From: Methanobacteriota archaeon
GTDB taxonomy: Archaea > Thermoplasmatota > Poseidoniia > Poseidoniales > Thalassarchaeaceae
Reading direction: 5' to 3'
Assembly (NCBI GenBank): GCA_018654845.1
Contig: JABIKU010000025.1
Span: 36,437-100,436 of the forward strand
DNA: 64,000 nt
Shown piece after piece: positions 10,107-18,591 of this stretch. A program made the translations under genes and the position numbers. The notes under the pieces were generated by a model. The model was not told the origin of the DNA. It did not search any database and saw only the letters and a program-made list of their open reading frames with translations. Each line of letters starts with the position of its first letter. Positions within the stretch are counted from its first letter, which is position 1.

Positions 10107-11657
10107 TCAGAGAATTTGAACGGTATAAGTCGCCTTGTTTGAAGCACCACGATTATCGCTTACTGTCAAATGAAATACATGAACACCCTTGGGTAATCTT
10201 ACCTTAACTTGAGCAGATTTACCGATTAATCTACCGTCATTATCCTCCCAAACCCAGCCGATTATCTCGCCATCCGGATCGTAAGATCTTGTTCCATCAA
10301 GCAGGATGGTGGCAGTTCCGTCAACTTCTGATTGGATGGTTTTATCTTCACCAACATCTGCAACAGGCGGCAGATTTAGTGAGCGTGCTGATTCAACTAA
10401 ATCCTCTAGAATATTCGCTTCTACTACCGTCTCTTCGATTACAATTTCAAGTTCTTCAGATAAATCACCAAGGATTGAGGAAGCATCATCTGGAAAATTT
10501 GGTCGCTCTTCGGCTGCGGCTTCCTCTTCTTCACTCAGAGAGCCGGAAAATTCTACACTGGCTTGCACATCACCTGAAAATACGATTTCGTCATAATCAT
10601 GAATTTCGTCTACCAATCTAGGTTTGCTATCGGGTTCAATAATGAATAATGGAGCTGGGGTGGCTAGTTTTCGATCATCGCCGATTACGCCAACAAAGCC
10701 GTTATCGAGAGAGATGATTTGCTCGATAATCCCAATATGTTCAAGACTCCAGGTAATTTCATTATCTTTTCTCGAGTATCTCGCAATATCGAACCAAGAG
10801 CCGATTAGTAAGTCGTTTTTCCATAGAGAAATGGTTGTGATTGAATAATCAAATTTGTGTAAAATCATTGGTTCTGAGCCGATTTCGATTTCTAGAAGTT
10901 CGCCATTGAAACATCCAACGACGATACCAAATTCAGTGGGCAGAATTGTCGTCGCTAAAGCTGGTAATTCAGTTGTTTGAATAAGGCCTTGAGATTTATT
11001 CCAGCACTCAATACGATTTTCAAATCGCTCATCTAGAGCCATACCTAGTGAATTTCTAGCAACAATCAATGTATCGTCAGAACGAAATGACATAGCTGAA
11101 ACTGTTTCGATATCATCGTCTGCAGCTAGAGAATCATGGAGAATATTCTTGCTAGAATCCATCATCACAACACGACCATCTGAAAGTCCAATACCAACTA
11201 TCTCACCATCATCAGATGAACAAAGATGGGTAATTTCACCAATGATTTTCTTTCCCGAAACCTCTCCGTTAGCGAGTATCCTCCATACTGTACCTGCACC
11301 ATCAGCGAGGACAATATCCTTGCCAGCTGCCACCATTAAATCGCAACCAGCCTCGACCTCAAATGACCAGATTAATTTCTTCATATCTATATTAAGCGCT
11401 CTCACTCCATCAGTGCTGGAAGCAATGATAATCTTGTCTTCCAAATTGATGATGGCGATGATTTTTCCTTCAAATTCTTGCCGTGTAATACATTGTCCCT
11501 CTGAATGAATCAACGAGGCAGAACCTGCGGAGATACCTGAATTATTCGAACCACCTAACACGAGCAGTCCTCCTGAAAGAGCACAACCACAAGTTGCGAC
11601 CTCAGAAAGTTCGACGACTTGTGAGACTTCGATTGTCGGATTCACAAGTCGACTCAA
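10107..11657 (-). CDS. Beta-propeller-like protein with acidic linker and C-terminal PKD domain
   Basis: C-terminus ILLDGTRSYDPDGEIIGWVWEDNDGRLIGKSAQVKVRLPKGVHVFHLTVSDNRGASNKATYTVQIL fits the PKD pattern. The N-terminal ~350 aa is repetitive (PQQ/WD-like). No obvious signal peptide. Confidence 0.65.
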   Translation of the reverse strand: MSRLVNPTIEVSQVVELSEVATCGCALSGGLLVLGGSNNSGISAGSASLIHSEGQCITRQEFEGKIIAIINLEDKIIIASSTDGVRALNIDMKKLIWSFEVEAGCDLMVAAGKDIVLADGAGTVWRILANGEVSGKKIIGEITHLCSSDDGEIVGIGLSDGRVVMMDSSKNILHDSLAADDDIETVSAMSFRSDDTLIVARNSLGMALDERFENRIECWNKSQGLIQTTELPALATTILPTEFGIVVGCFNGELLEIEIGSEPMILHKFDYSITTISLWKNDLLIGSWFDIARYSRKDNEITWSLEHIGIIEQIISLDNGFVGVIGDDRKLATPAPLFIIEPDSKPRLVDEIHDYDEIVFSGDVQASVEFSGSLSEEEEAAAEERPNFPDDASSILGDLSEELEIVIEETVVEANILEDLVESARSLNLPPVADVGEDKTIQSEVDGTATILLDGTRSYDPDGEIIGWVWEDNDGRLIGKSAQVKVRLPKGVHVFHLTVSDNRGASNKATYTVQIL

Positions 11658-11695
11658 ACAGACAAATACTTTCAGTCTGTCGAGCGAATGCTCGA

Positions 11696-13207
11696 TTAAG
11701 CTTTAGCAGATTTCTTCTTTTTCTTGGCGCCATCATTTCGCGCCTCTTCAATCCGAGCCAAATATTCTTCAGATACTCCCCCAGTGACATAGACACCATC
11801 AAAACATGAACAATCAAAAGTTGCTAGATGAGTATCGGACTCTCCAAGGCAAGCCTCGACTAAATCATCTAATTTCTGATAGATTAAATGATCCGCACCA
11901 ATCACCTTGCAAATTTCGTTGATGGTGCGATTATAAGCGACATATTCCTGTCGGGCTGGCATATCTATTCCATACACATTAGGGTGGATGATGGGGGGGG
12001 CAGCTGAGGCGAAGTAGACCTTTTTCGCACCTGAATCACGAGCCATTTCGACAATTCTTCGAGAGGTGTTTCCACGAACTATGCTATCGTCGACAATAAG
12101 AACTATTTTACCGGCAAATTCAGAGTCAATAGTATTCAATTTCTTCCTAACAGAATTCAATCTCTGAGTCTGACCTGGCATGATGAAGGTTCGACCAATG
12201 TAACGATTTTTGACAAATCCTTCACGATAGGGTATACTCAATTCTCGAGCCAATTCAAGAGCGGCGATGCAACCACTATCTGGCACAGGAATGACTGCAT
12301 CGATTTCATGTTCTGGATATTCTTCAGAAATTCGGCGCGCTAAAGCAGCACCCATTCTCAAACGCGCGCCGTGAACTGAAACACCATCGATAGTTGAGTC
12401 CGGTCGTGCAAAATAGACATGCTCGAAGATGCACGGTCGATATTTTGGTTCAGCATGACATTGTTTAGAATAATATGAACCATCAGTGCGTATTACGATT
12501 GCTTCACCAGGCTCAACATCTCGCTCGAGTGTGAAGCCGAGCGCCATCAAAGCAGCACTTTCGGAAGCTATGGCGCGTTCGACAAAACCATCTACTTCTC
12601 GAACACCAATGCATAGAGGACGAATTCCATGTGGATCTCTGAATGCAACCAGCCCCCAGCCGGTAATCGTTGTTACAACTGAATATGTTCCATCCGCGCG
12701 AATGTGTGTCCGCTCGACAGCGCGGAAAATGTCATCTGCACTTAGCGCATCCATTCCACCAGGACGGCCGTTCAATGAACGTTGAATTTCAGCCGCTAAC
12801 AAATTAAGCAGAGCTTCTGAATCAGAACTCGTATTGATTCGGCGATGATCATATTCCAACAAAGTAGCAAGAATCTCGTCAGTATTGTTTAGATTACCAT
12901 TGTGAGCGAGGCTCACACCGAATGGAGTATTGGTGTAAAATGGCTGAGCCTCGGAAACTGAAGCAGTTCCTGCGGTCGGATATCGAACATGACCGATTCC
13001 GACCGAACCTTCTAACAATTTCATGTGGCGCTTACGGAAAACATCTCGAACATATCCATTAGCTCGACGATGATACAGATTGCCATTATCGAATGTAACA
13101 ATACCTGCAGCGTCTTGGCCACGATGTTGTAAAACGAGTAGCCCATCGTAGATATCTGCAGCAACATTTGAGCCTGGTTGTCCGACGATGCCGATGATAC
13201 CGCACAT
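11696..13207 (-). CDS. purF: Amidophosphoribosyltransferase
   Basis: MCGIIGIVG N-terminal nucleophile Cys. LQHRGQDAAGI. PRTase motif VLIVDDSIVRGNTS. Confidence 0.93.
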   Translation of the reverse strand: MCGIIGIVGQPGSNVAADIYDGLLVLQHRGQDAAGIVTFDNGNLYHRRANGYVRDVFRKRHMKLLEGSVGIGHVRYPTAGTASVSEAQPFYTNTPFGVSLAHNGNLNNTDEILATLLEYDHRRINTSSDSEALLNLLAAEIQRSLNGRPGGMDALSADDIFRAVERTHIRADGTYSVVTTITGWGLVAFRDPHGIRPLCIGVREVDGFVERAIASESAALMALGFTLERDVEPGEAIVIRTDGSYYSKQCHAEPKYRPCIFEHVYFARPDSTIDGVSVHGARLRMGAALARRISEEYPEHEIDAVIPVPDSGCIAALELARELSIPYREGFVKNRYIGRTFIMPGQTQRLNSVRKKLNTIDSEFAGKIVLIVDDSIVRGNTSRRIVEMARDSGAKKVYFASAAPPIIHPNVYGIDMPARQEYVAYNRTINEICKVIGADHLIYQKLDDLVEACLGESDTHLATFDCSCFDGVYVTGGVSEEYLARIEEARNDGAKKKKKSAKA

Positions 13208-13262
13208 AGCGAACCAATTGCCCCTTCGTCAGTCGGGTCTTAGCCCTTTGGAAATAATTCCC

Positions 13263-13445
13263 TTATTTTGCTCCCATTGAACGGTTGCGTTTTGCCCAAG
13301 CGTACTTTCGGAGTTTTGCAGTTTCACCAAATCCACAAGATGCGCATACATGCTTCTGCTTGTGGTATGCGTGACGGCCGCAGCGGCGGCAACGAATGTG
13401 AGTCGACTTTTGTCGCTTACCCATACTTGGAGTACCCTTTGACAT
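13263..13445 (-). CDS. rpl37e: Ribosomal protein eL37 (L37e)
   Basis: [40 protein letters not shown] is a C4 zinc ribbon typical of L37e. ATG at 13445; the track ORF begins at a GTG at 13454. Confidence 0.9.
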   Translation of the reverse strand: MSKGTPSMGKRQKSTHIRCRRCGRHAYHKQKHVCASCGFGETAKLRKYAWAKRNRSMGAK

Positions 13446-13525
13446 GATGACCACCTATTGGATGGCGCGGCGACCGACCGGCTTGTTATGATAGTTACCC
13501 TCAAAGAGGGTGTTTCAGATACTGC

Positions 13526-13870
13526 TTATTCTTCATCGAGAAGTGCCAGAAGTGGATCAAGTGGACGGCGTCGTAAAGATGCTTTGAGAAGGAAGAAAAG
13601 GAACACTACATGGGCAAAAGGCAAGATTTGAAGGAATGCTGTCAATCCATTTGTTAGTGCAATTCTTGTTGCTTCAATCATAGAAATATTCTCAGATAAC
13701 GTGGCGGTGATGAAAATCGCCGTCACACCGGAAATAAATAGTGAGAAAAATGGAACTGCAGGTTTGTGGTATGGGTGATATGAGACGACCAAATTGATTA
13801 GTATCCAAATGCTAGAGAGGGCAATTCCACCAAAAAACAGTAAAATTGGTTCAGTCAATTCAGGAGTCAT
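13526..13870 (-). CDS. Small multi-pass membrane protein, hypothetical
   Basis: Start at internal ATG 13870 (MTPELTEPILLFFGGIALSSIW...). Three to four hydrophobic helices. Overlaps the stop of the upstream membrane-protein gene by 11 nt. Confidence 0.5.
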   Translation of the reverse strand: MTPELTEPILLFFGGIALSSIWILINLVVSYHPYHKPAVPFFSLFISGVTAIFITATLSENISMIEATRIALTNGLTAFLQILPFAHVVFLFFLLKASLRRRPLDPLLALLDEE

Positions 13871-14525
13871 TAGATTCACCTCCCGAATTGGCATCAATTC
13901 CACCCGAGGATTTGGATAACATTCCACCAGGACTATCGATGATTTGTTCTCCTGATTTCGCAACTTCAGAGCGACGAATATTTCGAGAGATTATTGAAGT
14001 GACAAAATCTCTCTCTTTTTGATTCAGCTCAGTCGCCTCCTCCAGCAGTGGCATAGATCTCTCTGCAACTCGAACTGCAAATGTGAAGATCACGACTGGT
14101 ATCAAAATCCCTGGCACCACTGCGAGTGGAACGAATAATTCCAACCAAGTCGACGGGGCTGAATAATCTAGATACAACATCCAAGAGATTCCGATAATGA
14201 TCCAGCCACCTATCAATTGTACCGGCCGTACTCTGAAATATGTTGGCGAGCCAATCAATACGAGAGTTATACCAAGACCGGAAATAAATGTCCAAATCGC
14301 GGTATTTCGCAATGTAGATACAAATATTGACTCAGGCGAAGGGACTGTTGATGGATGGACTACCATTAGTAGAAAACCAAGCAGAATCAAAGGAAAGGAA
14401 AATTTACTTCGAGAAAAAGATGGGCCCATACGACCCATTGAGATTCCTGAAATCAGGATGGTTAGGCCAAACCAAATCTGAATCGCGGGCGTTAACACAG
14501 TCAATGGCAGGAGTGAATCATTCAT
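13860..14525 (-). CDS. Multi-pass membrane protein, hypothetical
   Basis: Track ORF of 221 aa with about six hydrophobic segments and a hydrophilic Ser/Gly-rich C-terminus. No family recognised. Confidence 0.5.
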   Translation of the reverse strand: MNDSLLPLTVLTPAIQIWFGLTILISGISMGRMGPSFSRSKFSFPLILLGFLLMVVHPSTVPSPESIFVSTLRNTAIWTFISGLGITLVLIGSPTYFRVRPVQLIGGWIIIGISWMLYLDYSAPSTWLELFVPLAVVPGILIPVVIFTFAVRVAERSMPLLEEATELNQKERDFVTSIISRNIRRSEVAKSGEQIIDSPGGMLSKSSGGIDANSGGESNDS

Positions 14526-14642
14526 CTATTTTGTTCGACGAGGACATCATCCACCATTTGACTGCAAAGCGAATCTTTCGACAGACTTCATATACGGGTC
14601 TTCGGTCGCCCGCCTCGTCGTAAGACGAATGAGGTGCTAAAC

Positions 14643-14924
14643 ATGGTTAAAATGCCACGAAAGGTCATGCGTTACAGTCCATTTGCTGGTAAGCACACCA
14701 TACACACCGTCGAGCGCGTCAAGAAGCGACGTGCTTCCGAGTTGAAGTGGGGTCAACGGCGTTTCCGAAGAGTAACTGCAGGATATCGTGGATTCCCTCG
14801 ACCTAAGCCATCTGGTGAGAAGCCAACGAAGCGCGTCAACCTGATTTACCGATGTTCGGAAACTGGTAAGGCGCACTCTCCGGCTGGACAGCGCGCACGT
14901 AAGTTCGAACTTGTAGACAAATGA
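14643..14924 (+). CDS. rpl44e: Ribosomal protein eL42 (L44e), variant lacking three of the four zinc-ligand cysteines
   Basis: MVKMPRKVMRYSPFAGKHTIHTVERVKK...KPTKRVNLIYRCSETGKAHS...RKFELVDK. GAGGTG at 14631-14636 precedes the ATG at 14643; the track ORF starts at GTG 14634. Confidence 0.88.
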   Translation: MVKMPRKVMRYSPFAGKHTIHTVERVKKRRASELKWGQRRFRRVTAGYRGFPRPKPSGEKPTKRVNLIYRCSETGKAHSPAGQRARKFELVDK

Positions 14925-14937
14925 TTGAGGGATAGAA

Positions 14938-15108
14938 ATGAGTGGAAATTTTCTACGTGTAAGCTGCCGCGACTGCGGTCACGAAACCATTCTATTCGAC
15001 AGGGCGTCGACCTCGATTTCCTGCTCTATATGCGGTGCGACATTAGCTCGCCCCGCAGGTGGTAAAGCAGACATTTCTGGTAGCACCGTAGTAGACGTCC
15101 TCGAGTGA
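14938..15108 (+). CDS. rps27e: Ribosomal protein eS27 (S27e), 56 aa; below the ORF-track size cutoff
   Basis: My translation is MSGNFLRVSCRDCGHETILFDRASTSISCSICGATLARPAGGKADISGSTVVDVLE. It has a C4 zinc ribbon and sits in the conserved L44e-S27e-aIF2alpha order. Confidence 0.85.
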   Translation: MSGNFLRVSCRDCGHETILFDRASTSISCSICGATLARPAGGKADISGSTVVDVLE

Positions 15109-15914
15109 GAGGGGGCGAATACAACTTGAGTGGCTCAAATGAAGCATGGCCGGAAGAAGGCGAGCTTCTCGTTTGCACCGTCAAATCACTTCGTGAAAAC
15201 GGTGCTTATCTTACCTTAGGTGGCTACGGCGAGCGAGAAGGTTTCGTTTTCATTGGTGAGGTTGCTTCAGGATGGGTCAAAAATATTCGCGCACACCTTA
15301 GAGAAGGTCAACGTGTAATCGCTAAGGTCACTCGAGTCAAAAAAGATCGGCAGCGAGTTGACCTTTCAATAAAATCAGTTTCATCTGAGCGACGCAAAGA
15401 CACATTGCAAGCTTGGAAAAATCAAGGACGTGCTACACAAATTATGCGCGTCGCTGCTGAGCGGATTGGTTGGGACGAAACTAAAGCCGAAGCGATTTCA
15501 AATGAAATGACTGAAATATTTGGCACTCTTTACGGCGCACTTGAAGAGTGCGCAATCAATGAAACCGCATTAGCCGATAATGATTTCACAGGAGATTGGA
15601 TGAAGGTTGTTACAGACCTTGCCGTAGAGAATATCATTCCACCATTTGTCGAAATTCGAGGGAAATTTGACATCGAGGTATGGGGACCTGAGGGAGTTCA
15701 TGCAATTCGCGATACACTCCTCGCCGCAGAATCGATTGCAACCGAAGAGGAAGAAATTACACTAACATGTCATTATGATGGTGCGCCTCATTATCGGATT
15801 GATATCAAAGCACCAGACTTCGCTTCAGCAGAGGGAGCCTGGGAAGCAGCACAGAAGGCTGCTGAAGAAAAAATGAAGTCGGTGGAAGGCACCATCACTA
15901 TCGAAAGGCTCTGA
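15105..15914 (+). CDS. eif2a: Translation initiation factor aIF2 alpha subunit
   Basis: S1 domain: PEEGELLVCTVKSLRENGAYLTLGGYGEREGFVFIGEVASGWVKNIRAHLREGQRVIAKV...VDLSIK. The GTG start overlaps the eS27 stop (GTGA). TTG at 15126 is an alternative start. Confidence 0.88.
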   Translation: MRGGEYNLSGSNEAWPEEGELLVCTVKSLRENGAYLTLGGYGEREGFVFIGEVASGWVKNIRAHLREGQRVIAKVTRVKKDRQRVDLSIKSVSSERRKDTLQAWKNQGRATQIMRVAAERIGWDETKAEAISNEMTEIFGTLYGALEECAINETALADNDFTGDWMKVVTDLAVENIIPPFVEIRGKFDIEVWGPEGVHAIRDTLLAAESIATEEEEITLTCHYDGAPHYRIDIKAPDFASAEGAWEAAQKAAEEKMKSVEGTITIERL

Positions 15915-15978
15915 TATCTTTCAACAAACGCAATACTTCATACACCCTAAAACACCAAGGCAAGTTCGGAGGGGTGGA

Positions 15979-16200
15979 ATGGTTCGCACAAAACTGCAGA
16001 AGTGTACCGAATGCGGCGAGTTTGGACTCGGTGCAACATGCAAAAAATGTAATGCTGGAACTACTGCAGCAGCGCCGTTGAAATTCTCGCCAGAAGACCC
16101 GCAAGGTGCTCGGCGAAGACAGCGTGTGAACGCAGGTAGTGATGAATGGATAGAAGCATTACCAACCCCTCGGAAAGTTTTCGAGGATGAAGAGGAATGA
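15979..16200 (+). CDS. nop10: H/ACA RNP protein Nop10
   Basis: KCTECGEFGLGATCKKCNAG...PLKFSPEDPQGARRR: zinc ribbon plus the conserved FSPEDP motif. Confidence 0.85.
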   Translation: MVRTKLQKCTECGEFGLGATCKKCNAGTTAAAPLKFSPEDPQGARRRQRVNAGSDEWIEALPTPRKVFEDEEE

Positions 16201-16958
16201 GGACACAAATTCATTGGTTAATTGGCGATAAATTACCGGCGCATACAGCGATTTTAGAAGCCGTGCCTGGCGTTGGTAACGTTGGAAAATTAGTAGTCGA
16301 TGCACTCGTAACAAAACACCCAAGTAGAACAATTGGATGGATTTTACACCCTGATTTTCCCCCCCATGCCACACTCTCAAAAGATGGCTTGGTCGCACCT
16401 CCTCGATTGGAAATCCACTCAGTTCTACTTCCGGATGGATGCACAGTGATTACTATCGGTGGCGATTTACAACCGATGACCGCCGCTGGCCAATTCGAAG
16501 TCGCTGACACAATTCTCAAATTAGCAAAGGTTTCAAAATCCCCTCAAGTACTGATTCTTGCTGGATTAGCAGCCGGCACTGAAGATCGTGGAATCCACGT
16601 CATCTGTGCCGACGAAAAGGTTCGAAAAAATCTCGAATCAAATGATATTTTGGTCAGCAGAACCCAGCCAGAAGCTGGAATGATTGGTCTTGCTGGCTTA
16701 TTGATCTCACTTTCACCGCTACACGAGGTCCCAGCAGTAGCACTGGTAGCAGAAACAATCGGAGCTAGCATGGATGTATTAGCAGCAGATAGATTGGCTA
16801 ATTGGATTGAAGAAGGATTGAATTTACCTCTTGATTTGGATTTGGATACCACTGAAGAGACAGCAAAAAAATTGCTGGCTAGTATGGAAATAAGCGGCTC
16901 TATTGAGGATACATTAGCAGATGTCGAGCATATTTCTGAATCAAATTTCTATGCTTGA
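16197..16958 (+). CDS. PAC2-family proteasome assembly chaperone-like protein
   Basis: AILEAVPGVGNVGKLVVDALV resembles the PAC2 N-terminal G-x-G-x-VG motif. ATGA overlap with the nop10 stop. This is the usual archaeal neighbourhood. Confidence 0.7.
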   Translation: MRTQIHWLIGDKLPAHTAILEAVPGVGNVGKLVVDALVTKHPSRTIGWILHPDFPPHATLSKDGLVAPPRLEIHSVLLPDGCTVITIGGDLQPMTAAGQFEVADTILKLAKVSKSPQVLILAGLAAGTEDRGIHVICADEKVRKNLESNDILVSRTQPEAGMIGLAGLLISLSPLHEVPAVALVAETIGASMDVLAADRLANWIEEGLNLPLDLDLDTTEETAKKLLASMEISGSIEDTLADVEHISESNFYA

Positions 16959-17697
16959 GGTGAGGGATGTGAAAGCACTCCTTGGCAGTGGTGGAATCGG
17001 TACAGAAGAACGAAGGGCGATGTACAAAACACTGATGGCAGAACATTTTTCAGGATGTAAAAGAGTTGTTTTCGTACCATTTGCCGGCCATGACCATGAT
17101 GGAAATACTAATCGAATGCGAGAATTTGCCGGTGATTCGGATTATGAATTAATTGGATTGCACGAATTTGACAATCCTCTCACCGCCATCGAATCGATGG
17201 ATGGGATCTATGTTGGTGGTGGAAATACATGGCTACTCGTTCGTGAATTACATGAGCGAGGGCTGATTGAGCCAATTCGTGAAGCAGTATTAGAGAAGGG
17301 AATACCATATGCTGGTGTGAGTGCGGGCTCAAATGTCGCCTGCCCAACAATGCAAACGACAAACGATATGCCCATCACCCTGATTTCGTCGTTTGAAACA
17401 TTCAATATCATACCCTTCCAAATCAATCCACATTACCATCCAGGAGGAATCTGGTTCCGCGAAAGCGAAGATGATGATTTTGTGAAACACTTCGGAGAAA
17501 CTAGAGCGAGAAGAATTAGCGAATATCACGAAACTCATGATTTACCAGTTATTGGACTCTATGAAGGCAGTTTTTTGCGTAGTAAAAACGGGTGCCATGA
17601 ACTTCTCGGAAATAAAGCTGCAATCATTCGTAAAGGAGAAGAGGTATTCACAGTAAATCCTGGCGTTCTTCTTTCAGATGAGCTTGCTATACTGTAA
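16951..17697 (+). CDS. pepE: Peptidase S51 (dipeptidase E-like)
   Basis: IYVGGGNTWLLVRELHERGL...IPYAGVSAGSNVACP (GxSAG nucleophile elbow). ATG at 16951 overlaps the PAC2 stop. The gene symbol is tentative. Confidence 0.7.
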   Translation: MLEVRDVKALLGSGGIGTEERRAMYKTLMAEHFSGCKRVVFVPFAGHDHDGNTNRMREFAGDSDYELIGLHEFDNPLTAIESMDGIYVGGGNTWLLVRELHERGLIEPIREAVLEKGIPYAGVSAGSNVACPTMQTTNDMPITLISSFETFNIIPFQINPHYHPGGIWFRESEDDDFVKHFGETRARRISEYHETHDLPVIGLYEGSFLRSKNGCHELLGNKAAIIRKGEEVFTVNPGVLLSDELAIL

Positions 17698-17735
17698 ATA
17701 GCAGAAATCAAAAAGGGTACGTATCACGACCTGCT

Positions 17736-18134
17736 ATGAACAAACGCTTATTGGCCATTTTGCTAATTTCGACAATATCCTTAGCAGGTTGCACAACTGA
17801 CCCAATGTGGTCGCGAGCAGATGCAAATGAATTCTCAGATTTGATTGAAAATAACCAAGATGCTTTTCTAATCGATGCTCGAACTCAAACTGAATGGGAA
17901 GACGATGGTCATATCGAAGGTGCCACACTGATTCCTCACAACAATATCAAGGCGCAGGCTGATGATTTACCAGATGATAAAGAGATTTTGATTTTGGTTT
18001 ATTGCCGAAGTGGAAGTAGATCTCAGACAGCATCACAGAGTTTGTTAGACCTCGGCTATACCAACGTAGTTGACCTTGATTCAGGTATCTACGGATGGAA
18101 AGACGCAGGATATTCCGTCATTTATGGTGCTTAA
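17736..18134 (+). CDS. Rhodanese-domain lipoprotein (sulfurtransferase-like)
   Basis: Lipobox-like LLISTISLAGC. Rhodanese core LIDARTQTEWEDDGHIEGA...LVYCRSGSRS...GWKDAGY. Confidence 0.8.
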   Translation: MNKRLLAILLISTISLAGCTTDPMWSRADANEFSDLIENNQDAFLIDARTQTEWEDDGHIEGATLIPHNNIKAQADDLPDDKEILILVYCRSGSRSQTASQSLLDLGYTNVVDLDSGIYGWKDAGYSVIYGA

Positions 18135-18241
18135 TATCGAGAGTATTGTAGCATCAATTTTTAATTTTAATTACAGAATAGATGGGGCACCGGTTGGCGA
18201 ATGCTTCGCTTCGCAAACCTAGCCCACGTTTGGAAAATGTA

Positions 18242-18327
18242 TGGCGCCGAGAGAGGGATTTGAACCCCCGCGTCCAATGGACAGTAGATTTCGAATCTAC
18301 CGCAATACCGGGCTATGCGATCTCGGC
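18242..18327 (-). tRNA. tRNA-Ser (anticodon CGA), class II with long variable arm, CCA encoded
   Basis: Reverse complement: GCCGAGA-TC-GCA-TAGCCCGGTAT-TGC-G-GTAGA-TTCGAAA-TCTAC-TGTCCATTGGACGC-GGGGG-TTCAAAT-CCCTC-TCTCGGC-G-CCA. It has a 7-bp acceptor stem, a 5-bp anticodon stem, loop TTCGAAA and a T-loop TTCAAAT. It is masked in the track by spurious ORF 18241..18582. Confidence 0.9.
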
Positions 18328-18381
18328 AGCGTGCCGCCCACCTGCGATTTGGTCATAAGCCTGACTCGCCACCCCGAGACC

Positions 18382-18582
18382 GTGCGAATCGAGGTTGAGC
18401 ATGGTGATGAGTTGCTCGTAGTCGAGAGTAATGAGTCAATTACGATCAAAGAAGTTCTCAAACAACTCAAAATTCCTTCTTCGACAGTTCTTGCTGTTTT
18501 CGGCGATTCAATCGTACCTCATACTTCAGAAATTAGTAATGATATACACCTAGAACTCATCATCGTTTCTAGCGGTGGATGA
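18382..18582 (+). CDS. ThiS/MoaD/SAMP-like ubiquitin-fold protein ending in Gly-Gly (66 aa)
   Basis: GTG at 18382 gives (M)RIEVEHGDELLVVESNESITIKEVLKQLKIPSSTVLAVFGDSIVPHTSEISNDIHLELIIVSSGG-stop. Length, hydrophobic pattern and terminal GG match ThiS/SAMP proteins. The 5' part of the track ORF is the antisense of the tRNA. Confidence 0.6.
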   Translation: MRIEVEHGDELLVVESNESITIKEVLKQLKIPSSTVLAVFGDSIVPHTSEISNDIHLELIIVSSGG

Positions 18583-18591
18583 AATATCCAC

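Noticed and set aside
11993-12000. G8 homopolymer (C8 on the coding strand) inside purF as a potential slippage or phase-variation site
   Set aside because: It encodes the in-frame AAPPII segment of an intact, full-length purF. There is no evidence of frameshift, and an essential biosynthetic gene is an unlikely phase-variable target.
13229-13504. Track ORF of 91 aa overlapping the rpl37e locus in another frame
   Set aside because: The 60-aa eL37 frame has an unmistakable C4 ribbon signature. The alternative frame has no recognisable features.
18241-18381. 5' part of track ORF 18241..18582 (MAPREGFEPPRPMDSRFRIYRNTGLCDLG...)
   Set aside because: It is the antisense read-through of the tRNA-Ser gene. 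Only the portion from GTG 18382 is retained as a plausible ThiS-like CDS.
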